DNA of 64,000 nucleotides from an uncultured Candidatus Saccharibacteria bacterium (lineage in GTDB: Bacteria > Patescibacteriota > UBA1384 > GWA2-35-9 > CAYZGQ01). The position numbers and the translations under genes were made by a program. This document shows positions 20,189-30,400 of the stretch, one piece after another; positions within the stretch are counted from its first letter, which is position 1; the number at the start of each line of letters is the position of its first letter. The notes under the pieces are model-generated. The model saw nothing but the letters and a program-made list of their open reading frames with translations. It did no database searches and had not been told where the DNA came from. Location of the stretch: NCBI GenBank assembly GCA_964478135.1, contig CAYZGQ010000001.1, positions 3,365 through 67,364 on the forward strand, read 5' to 3'.

Positions 20189-21381
20189 GGCCGGTCGATT
20201 TTTTGAGATTAAGCCTTCAAAATATTTGGGGCAATCGTTTAAGATCAAGCCTGACTGTTTTGGGAGTTAGTATTGGCATTGGCTCAATCGTTTTTTTGGT
20301 CGGCTTAGGCTTTGGCCTGCAACGTCTGACAATTAACCGGATAATCTCTTCGGCCGCCTTGACCACCTTGGATGTCACGACCACCAAGTCGGCCCTTCTT
20401 AAGCTCGATCAAGAAGCGACCAGCCGGTTTGCCAACATCACCGGAGTTGAGGCGGTTTCGCCGATTTTCCGACTGCCTGGTCAGAGTCAGCGGGACGGGA
20501 CGGCGACCGAGACTCTGATTCAGGGGGTCGAGCCCTCGTTTTTTGACCTTGAGGGGATGAAGCTTGTAGCCGGAAGAATCCCGACAGACTTTTTAAAGCC
20601 GGTTTTGGTCGTCAGCGCGAGCACGGTCAAGCTTCTTGGTTTTGAAAGTCCGCAGGCGGCGCTCGATCAAAAACTTGAGATCCGGGCGGCAATTGTCGGC
20701 TCGGAGGACGGTGAGAATAATGGTCTGGTGGCTCAAAAAAATTATAAATTGCCAGTCGCCGGCGTGGTCGAAAACGAATCCTCGGTCGTTTATCTGCCGA
20801 TTGAGCTGGTGCGATCGGAACAGTTGATCAATTACGATCAGGTCAAGGTTAAGGCGCGCTCGATCGTGGAAATAGACCAGATCAAACAGGGAATCAGCGA
20901 CCTTGGGTTTCAGGTGACATCGGTTGCCGATTTGGTTGAGGAGGTCAATCGGATCTTTCGCTATTTCCAGATCATTATGGGCGGTTTTGGTCTAATCGCT
21001 CTCCTTGTCGCTTCGATCGGAATGTTTAATACGATGACAATCGCCCTGCTTGAGAGAACTCGGGACATAGGAGTTATGAAGGCGATCGGGGCGAGAAACT
21101 TCGACATTAAAGTCTTATTTGTCGCCGAGTCAACTATTCTAGCCGTTCTTGGCGGCTCTCTCGGAGTCTTTTTGGCTTGGTTCTTGAGCCTTTTGGTCAA
21201 CGGTTTCGTCAGCCAGATCGCCCGAGCCGGCGGCGTCGGCCCGATTGATCTCTTTTACTTCAACCCGATCTTTGTTTTGTTGGTGGTTTTGTTTTCCCTT
21301 GTTGTCGGTTTGCTAACCGGCATCTATCCGGCGCTTCGGGCCGCCAGACTCAATCCCTTAACCGCGCTAAGATACGAATAG
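20185..21381 (+). CDS. ABC transporter permease, MacB-like periplasmic domain plus FtsX 4-TM domain
   Basis: N-terminal TM, a roughly 200-aa extracytoplasmic domain, and a C-terminal FtsX-like TM bundle. ATGA coupling to the ATPase. Confidence 0.8.
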   Translation: MRPVDFLRLSLQNIWGNRLRSSLTVLGVSIGIGSIVFLVGLGFGLQRLTINRIISSAALTTLDVTTTKSALLKLDQEATSRFANITGVEAVSPIFRLPGQSQRDGTATETLIQGVEPSFFDLEGMKLVAGRIPTDFLKPVLVVSASTVKLLGFESPQAALDQKLEIRAAIVGSEDGENNGLVAQKNYKLPVAGVVENESSVVYLPIELVRSEQLINYDQVKVKARSIVEIDQIKQGISDLGFQVTSVADLVEEVNRIFRYFQIIMGGFGLIALLVASIGMFNTMTIALLERTRDIGVMKAIGARNFDIKVLFVAESTILAVLGGSLGVFLAWFLSLLVNGFVSQIARAGGVGPIDLFYFNPIFVLLVVLFSLVVGLLTGIYPALRAARLNPLTALRYE

Positions 21382-21411
21382 TCGCCTCACTTGCTCCAAG
21401 GTTTTGATTGA

Positions 21412-23517
<2,106 letters not shown>

Positions 23518-23548
23518 AAACAGTCTTTAATCCTAGTACCATACCGTT

Positions 23549-23854
23549 ATGGCTCGATCAACCAGCACTCGTTCAATAAGCCAGCAGACCGTTCGTCACA
23601 TCGCTGGCTTGGCTCGACTTAAACTTTCAGACGAGGCAGTCAAACTTGCCTCAAGTCAGCTGTCAGTGATTTTGGGTCATATGGCAGATCTTGAACAGGT
23701 TGACACGACTGGAGTAGAGCCGATTGGTCAAATAGCTGATTTGTCCAATGTTTTCCAACCAGATGAGCCAGGTTCATGCTTAAGTCAGGAGCAGGTGCTG
23801 GCTCAAGTTAAATCAAAACAAGCCGGTCGGCTAAAGGTGCGGTCGGTATTGTAA
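23549..23854 (+). CDS. gatC: Asp/Glu-tRNA amidotransferase subunit C
   Basis: About 100 aa with a GatC-like core (VRHIAGLARLKLSDEAV...VDTTGVEP). Confidence 0.8.
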   Translation: MARSTSTRSISQQTVRHIAGLARLKLSDEAVKLASSQLSVILGHMADLEQVDTTGVEPIGQIADLSNVFQPDEPGSCLSQEQVLAQVKSKQAGRLKVRSVL

Positions 23855-23956
23855 GCGACTGAAACTGTCAGCCAACAAAATTCTTGTCTGCTTAAGTGAA
23901 CTAAGGTTATCCTGGTTGCAGGATCGCCCGAGCAGACCAACAAAAGATTAAATTAT

Positions 23957-25444
23957 ATGGCAGTACCAAAAACAATCGCCCTGGCTTACCGGGCGCTTCA
24001 AAAAAGAGACATCAGCTCGGTCGAACTGACGCGAGCTGTTCTCGATCAGATTAGGCAGTTTGATCCGCAAATCAAGGCCTTTCTTTATTTTGATCAAGAT
24101 CAGGCTATAACACAGGCTAGGGCGAGTGACAGTCGCAGACGCTCCGGTCAATCAAAAGGCATTTTGGACGGAATTCCGATCGCGCTCAAGGACGTTTTGG
24201 TCACAACTGACATGCCCACGACCGCCGCGTCCAAGATTCTGGAAGGCTTTATGTCAGCCTACGACGCAACAGTGGTTGCGAAACTTAGGTCCCAAGGCGC
24301 GGTACTAATCGGCAAGACGAACATGGACGAGTTTGCCATGGGTTCTTCGACCGAGAATTCGGCCTACGGGCCGACAAAAAATCCATGGGATCTAGGGCGC
24401 GTGCCGGGTGGATCATCCGGAGGCAGTGCGGCCGCGCTGGCCGCTGGAATGTGTCTGGCCGCGCTTGGTTCGGATACAGGAGGTTCAATTCGCCAGCCAG
24501 CCAGTTTTTGCGGCGTGGTCGGCTTTAAGCCGAGCTATGGCGCTGTTTCGCGCTACGGTTTAATCGCTATGTCGTCGAGTCTCGATCAGATCGGACCGAT
24601 GACCCAAACAGTAGCAGATGCTAAGATATTGTTTGAAGCTATCAAGGGTCAGGATCGGTCAGACGCAACGAGCGTTCAAATTAAAAGACCAACTAGGAGC
24701 AACCGTCAGGTTAAGGCAATAGGTCTTGCCAAAGAGTACTTTGGTCAGGGACTAGATTCACAGGTGAAACCATTGGTTGTCAGAGCGATTGAACTGCTTG
24801 CTCGATCAACCGGGGCAGATATTGTTGAGATATCTTTACCGAACGCCCGCTTTAGCGTCTCGGTCTACTACATTTTAATGTCGAGCGAAGTGGCCAGTAA
24901 TCTGGCGCGCTACGATGGAGTTAAGTACGGCTTGCAGATTCAAGGCGACACTTTGCTCGAGAGTTACCTTGAAAGCCGTTCCAAGGGTTTTGGTCAAGAG
25001 GCTAAGCGCCGGATTATGCTGGGTACTTTTTCTTCGTCAGCCGGCTATAGCGATCAGTATTACCAGAAAGCCCAGCTCGCGCGGGCCAAAATTAAGCAGG
25101 ACTTTGATCAGGCGTTCGAAAAGGTTGATTTAATCGCCGCGCCAGTCGCTCCAACTACCGCGTTCAAGCTAGGTGAAAAGGTTGACCAGCCTCTTCAAAT
25201 GTACCTTTCAGATATTTACACTATTCCAACCAATCTAGCTGGTTTGCCCGGTATTTCAATTCCTTGCGGTTTGGTTGAGGGTCTGCCTGTTGGTCTCCAG
25301 TTGATGGCTAATCGATTTGAGGACGAGTTTTTACTCGATATTGGTCAAAAATACGACCAGGCGCGCGGTCAGTTACCCGGTCCACCATATACTAGCGGTA
25401 CTAATGCCAAGGGAAGACAGATCAAAGTGAGATTAAAGTTATGA
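23957..25444 (+). CDS. gatA: Asp/Glu-tRNA amidotransferase subunit A (amidase signature family)
   Basis: Amidase signature GGSSGGSAAALAAG with the Ser-cisSer-Lys catalytic region. 495 aa. Confidence 0.9.
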   Translation: MAVPKTIALAYRALQKRDISSVELTRAVLDQIRQFDPQIKAFLYFDQDQAITQARASDSRRRSGQSKGILDGIPIALKDVLVTTDMPTTAASKILEGFMSAYDATVVAKLRSQGAVLIGKTNMDEFAMGSSTENSAYGPTKNPWDLGRVPGGSSGGSAAALAAGMCLAALGSDTGGSIRQPASFCGVVGFKPSYGAVSRYGLIAMSSSLDQIGPMTQTVADAKILFEAIKGQDRSDATSVQIKRPTRSNRQVKAIGLAKEYFGQGLDSQVKPLVVRAIELLARSTGADIVEISLPNARFSVSVYYILMSSEVASNLARYDGVKYGLQIQGDTLLESYLESRSKGFGQEAKRRIMLGTFSSSAGYSDQYYQKAQLARAKIKQDFDQAFEKVDLIAAPVAPTTAFKLGEKVDQPLQMYLSDIYTIPTNLAGLPGISIPCGLVEGLPVGLQLMANRFEDEFLLDIGQKYDQARGQLPGPPYTSGTNAKGRQIKVRLKL

Positions 25445-25893
25445 AAAAGCGACTGAACAATCAGCCTTCCTATCAAGAGAAAGTCTTTGACGCCTTGATT
25501 GGTGGAGTAGGCAAGATCGTCGGTTTAGTACGAATTAGCCCTAAATCGAGCAGACCGATCAAGTCAATTGATCGTTTGGAGATCACCACTCGCTGGCGTC
25601 AGATCGAGCAGAGTCATCGTTTAGGAGGTTCATCTGGGCTCAAGCAGGCGGTGATTGAAGCCGATAATCTGCTCGATAAGGCATTGAGAATGAAAGTTTC
25701 AGGCCAAACTATGGGGGAACGTTTAATTAACGCTCAAAGCTTAATAAGTTCTCAAGCCTATCAAGCCGCCTGGGAAGGACATAAACTGCGCAACCGTATT
25801 GTTCACCAAGACCAGAGCGAGGTGTTGAGTTTTGAGACAGAACAGGCGCTTAAGGGTTTCAAACAAGCTCTTCTCGAATTGGGAGGATTATGA
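25441..25893 (+). CDS. hypothetical 150-aa protein with HEPN-like RNxxxH motif, embedded in the gatCAB operon
   Basis: ATGA overlaps at both ends (gatA stop and gatB start). All-helical-looking sequence ending ...AWEGHKLRNRIVHQDQSE, which matches the HEPN Rx4-6H motif. Confidence 0.5.
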   Translation: MKKRLNNQPSYQEKVFDALIGGVGKIVGLVRISPKSSRPIKSIDRLEITTRWRQIEQSHRLGGSSGLKQAVIEADNLLDKALRMKVSGQTMGERLINAQSLISSQAYQAAWEGHKLRNRIVHQDQSEVLSFETEQALKGFKQALLELGGL

Positions 25894-27308
25894 ATCATTA
25901 CAGACCGATTATCGGACTTGAGATACACGCAGAACTGTCAACCAAGACTAAAATGTTCTGCCGTTGTCCCAACCCAATCTATCTTAGTAAAAAGGTTGAG
26001 ACTAGGCGGACTGATAAGACAAGTCAAGAAAAAAGGGCAAAATTAACGCCAAACACTCTTGTTTGCCCGGTCTGTCTTGGAATGCCGGGCAGTCTTCCAG
26101 TTATGAATGAGACTGCGGTGAAACTAACTATGCGAACCGGCCAGGCTCTTAACTGCACAATCGCCCAGTTTACCAAGTGGGATCGCAAGAACTATTTTTA
26201 TCCAGATCTACCTAAAAACTATCAAATCTCACAATATGATCTACCTCTGGCTTATGACGGATTTCTTGACTTGGAAGGAGCAAGCGGACAAGGCAAGATC
26301 AGGATCACTAGGATCCATCTGGAGGAAGACACCGGTCAATTGGTTCATTTATCAAATGGTTCCAGTTTGGTTGATTACAACAGAGCGGGCGTGCCTTTGA
26401 TTGAATTAGTGACGCAACCAGACATAGACTCGGCTGAACAGGCTAAGCAATTCGCTAAGGAGTATCAGCAGATTTTAAGAGTTTTGGCTGTTTCAAGCGC
26501 CGATATGGAGCAGGGTGAGATGAGAGTTGAGGTTAACGTGTCCCTAACGCGAATCAGCTCGAATCTCGATTCGAATCCAGCCGGTGTTGGGACTAAGGTG
26601 GAAGTTAAAAATTTAAATAGTTTTAGGTCGGTTGAGCGGGCGATTAACTACGAGATCAACCGACAGACTAAAATACTTGATTCTGGGATTAAGGTCGTTC
26701 AGGAAACAAGAGGTTGGGATGAGTCAAAGCAAAAAACATTCAGTCAGAGGGTCAAGGAAACAGCGGCTGATTACCGCTACTTTCCTGAACCAGATCTGCC
26801 ACCGATAGATACAACTAAAATTTCCCTTGACCCAATACCGGAGTTACCAATTAACCGTCGTCGTCGCTATATCGGTTTGGGGATTACCGATTCTGACGCC
26901 AAGGTGATCGTGGGCGATCGCAAAAGGGAGCAGATACTCGATCAAGTGATAACACAATCACCTAAAAGCGCCAAAAAAATAGCCAATTTTTTGGTCAATA
27001 AACCCCAGGCAGTTAATCTTGGAGTTAAAGAACTGACAAGAATCGCTCGGTTCTCGGCTCATCAGCAAAAGCAATCCTTCAAGGCTGGTCGGGCAATATC
27101 TCAAGTGAACCAAGACCGATTAGCCGGCTCGGGGCAGATCGTCAGTGCGCTTGATCGCGTATTCGATTCAAACCAAGACGCGGTCGATAAATACAAAGCT
27201 GGCAAAAAACAAGTCATCGGTTTTTTAGTTGGTCAGGTTATGTCAGAACTTAAAGGGCAGGCAGACCCTGGTTTGATCAGACAGGCAATTGAGAAAGCTC
27301 TCGAGTAG
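25890..27308 (+). CDS. gatB: Asp/Glu-tRNA amidotransferase subunit B
   Basis: N-terminus IIGLEIHAELSTKTKMFCRCPN is canonical GatB. 472 aa. SD GGGAGG upstream. Confidence 0.9.
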   Translation: MNHYRPIIGLEIHAELSTKTKMFCRCPNPIYLSKKVETRRTDKTSQEKRAKLTPNTLVCPVCLGMPGSLPVMNETAVKLTMRTGQALNCTIAQFTKWDRKNYFYPDLPKNYQISQYDLPLAYDGFLDLEGASGQGKIRITRIHLEEDTGQLVHLSNGSSLVDYNRAGVPLIELVTQPDIDSAEQAKQFAKEYQQILRVLAVSSADMEQGEMRVEVNVSLTRISSNLDSNPAGVGTKVEVKNLNSFRSVERAINYEINRQTKILDSGIKVVQETRGWDESKQKTFSQRVKETAADYRYFPEPDLPPIDTTKISLDPIPELPINRRRRYIGLGITDSDAKVIVGDRKREQILDQVITQSPKSAKKIANFLVNKPQAVNLGVKELTRIARFSAHQQKQSFKAGRAISQVNQDRLAGSGQIVSALDRVFDSNQDAVDKYKAGKKQVIGFLVGQVMSELKGQADPGLIRQAIEKALE

Positions 27309-27324
27309 TCATTCGATTCGGGTC

Positions 27325-27361
27325 TTGACGGATCGGTCAAACTAAGTCACAATTTTTGTGA
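27325..27361 (+). promoter_or_regulatory. inverted repeats upstream of the giant HTH-fibre gene (candidate operator)
   Basis: TTGAC-ggatcg-GTCAA at 27325-27340 and TCACA-attttt-TGTGA at 27347-27361. They lie between the gatB stop (27308) and the SD AGGAGAAAGGAGG at 27391-27403. Confidence 0.35.
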
Positions 27362-27445
27362 TATGTGATCTATGCAGGTGCGCATATTTAAGGAGAAAGG
27401 AGGATAACTACGTCCTCTCAATTAAGTCGCAATCCACTGGCCCAT

Positions 27446-30400
27446 TTGATCCCGCTGGCACAAGCAGGCCAGCTTTTTGGCTATTCAGCCGGTCATATGA
27501 ACTATTTAGCCCGGTCAGGGAAAATAATCGCTTTGAAACTCGGGGGTCAGTGGTACACGACTCGGGCGGCTGTTTCAGCCTACCAGGCCGGTCAACCCCA
27601 ACCGGAAAACCCGACCGGATTTATGTCTTTAGCCCAAGCGGCCAAGCAGTATGGCTATAGCGCCGGACATCTCAACCTTTTAGCCCGAGAAGGTAAGCTT
27701 GAAGCGGTGAAACTTGGGCGAAACTGGTACACGACCGAGCGCGCTATCGACCAGTACCGACAAGGCGTGCGTGAGATAGAATTAGTGCCAGATAGTCCTG
27801 ACCCGGCGCTCCAGATATCCCAGCCAGAAAATATTAATGTTAAAGTCAGGCCAGTAGCCAGTTACCAGGGATTTGGCATAACCGAAACCGATGATGACGC
27901 GCCAGGTCCGACCGGGGGATTTAGGCTCAAGTCAGTTATGGTCAGCCGTGGTTTTAAGCTCGGGTTGATCACACTTATAGTGTCTGGGCTGGCTTTTGGA
28001 CTGGGACGACTGGTTCAAGGCTGGCGCACGGGTGAGTTGAATGGACTGGGGCCATCTGGCATCGCGGCTTATTTGTTTGGTGGAGAGTTGGCCCAAGGAG
28101 ATCGTCTGGGCTCGGGTTTTCTCGGCAGTATCACACGAGAGCGAGCTCAATCCGATACGCCTGGGGTCAGACCCGAGGCGAGCCCTAGTCCGGACACTGT
28201 GGTCAATAACACGACAGTCAACAACTATAACCAGACCGTTAACAACGACAATCGTCAGGTGACAAACATCAGTACAACCAAAACTGCTAAAGATATTGTT
28301 GGAGAGTTATCCGACCCGCAGGTGAGTGATGACATCACGATTAACTCGAGCAAGGCTGGTTCGTTTAGTCCAAGCGGTAACACTACTGCCTTGACGGTCA
28401 AGCAAAGTTCAGCCAGTCCCTCGGAAACCCCGATCGTTAAGATTCAAAACGCGTCTGGGGCTAACCTTGTCACAGTTGATTTTGAAGGCAATTTAGGTCT
28501 GGCTGGTGGATCTAGATTGGAAATAGGCGGTCAGCAAATAGGAATTGCCAATCTAGCGGATGGATCTTCTATCGCGTCTCTTTCCGGTAGTCAAACTCTG
28601 ACTAATAAAACTTTGAGCGCGGGCGTTATCTACCAAGGATCGGCGATTAGCCCGAGCTACGGCGGGACCGGTCTAACATCAGCTCCCAGCAACGGCCAAC
28701 TCTTGATCGGCAATGGCTCGGGTTATACTCTGGCGGCTCTAACGGCTGGGACGGCAATTAATGTGACCAACGGTTCTGGTTCAATTACGATCGCTAATTC
28801 AGGTGTTACCTCGCTATCTGCCGGAACCGGCATCGCTGTTAGCGGTTCGTCGGGCGCGGTTACACTGACCAATTCGGGCGTGACCGCTCTGACCGGCACA
28901 ACCAACCAGGTCAGCCTGTCTGGTTCAACCGGTTCGATCACCATCTCAACGCCCCAAAACATTCATACCGGCGCCAGTCCAACCTTTTCAAGGCTCAATT
29001 TATCCGAGGCGTCCAATCAGTTGGTTCTTCAGTCAAATAGTGTTACAGGCAGTCTGACCTGGACGCCGGTCACATCCAATAAAACGATCACTCTGCCTAA
29101 TCTCACCGGAACCGCTTTTTTGATTGATGGAGGCCAGACGATCAGCTCTGCTGTCTGGAACGCTAGCGCTATCGGCCCGAGCTATGGCGGGACTGGTCAG
29201 ACGACCCTGGCCAAGGGTGATATTTTGTATGGCTCGGCGACTGATATTTGGTCGCGACTGGCTGTTGGCAGTATTGGTTATGTCCTCCAGGTCTCCCTAG
29301 ACGGCGTTCCAGAATGGGCGACTATTTCTTCCTTATCTGTTGGTAATGCTGACACGCTTGATTCGCTTGATTCAGCGGATTTTTTGCGCGCGACCGCCTC
29401 GGACACTTTTGAAGGAGTTAATTCAAGAACCCTGACCATTCAGTCTGATCTTTCCTCAGGCGCGAGGACGGTTGACCTTTTGACGATCAGCCAGGCGAAC
29501 GATCCAACCAATAACTTTACGACTGGCAATCTCCTAACAATTGCCCAACTCGACACCGGTTCGTCGGCCGATGCCTTAGAACTTAATCAGACTGGATCTG
29601 GTAAGGCTATTAACATTGTTTCAGGCGAGCTGGCGACAGCCGGCAACATCGTTCAAACCGGGGCAACCACGCTGTCAACCGGCACGGGCGCGGTCTCGCT
29701 CGGGGGTGACACGACCATCGCTACTGGAAAGAACTTGACTCTCGCGTCCGGGACAGGCACTTTTAGTCAGATTTTTAGTAATACGACCGGTACTGGAGCA
29801 AACTGGAATATCACTAACTCTGGTTCTTCTGGGACTAACACTGTTGGCGGGATAGGATTAGTGTTGGCTGGAACCGCCAACACGACTGGTTCGAATGTGA
29901 TTAATGCTATTAATTTTTCCAATGTCCCTCCGGCGACCAATAATTCTTATTACGCCCTGAATGTCGGAACCGGCTTTACTGATATTGTACGCTACAATGG
30001 CGCCCAGTTGATCTCTGGCTCGGGTGTCATTCAATCGGCCGCGCTTTCTGGTAACTACACTGGTGTTACTGGAGTTGGGATTTTATCCACCGGCACCTGG
30101 AATGCAGACACAATCATCTTTGCCAAGGGCGGCACGGGCTTAACAGCCACGCCCAGCAATGGCCAACTCTTGATCGGCAATGGCTCGGGTTACACTCTGG
30201 CCGGCTTAACCGGCACTACCAATCAGATCAATGTCGCTAGCGGGGCCGGTTCGATCACCCTCTCAACTCCCCAAAACATCCATACCGCCGCCAGTCCAAC
30301 CTTTGCCGGTTTGACTTTGTCCGACTTGACCCCTGGTTCTTTGGTCTTTGCCGGCGCCGGCGGGGTGATCAGCCAGGACAACGCCAAGTTCTTCTGGGAT

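Noticed and set aside
27358-27660. 100-aa + ORF overlapping the start of the giant HTH-fibre gene
   Set aside because: It is in a different frame from the long ORF that carries recognisable HTH repeats. It has no SD and was judged spurious.
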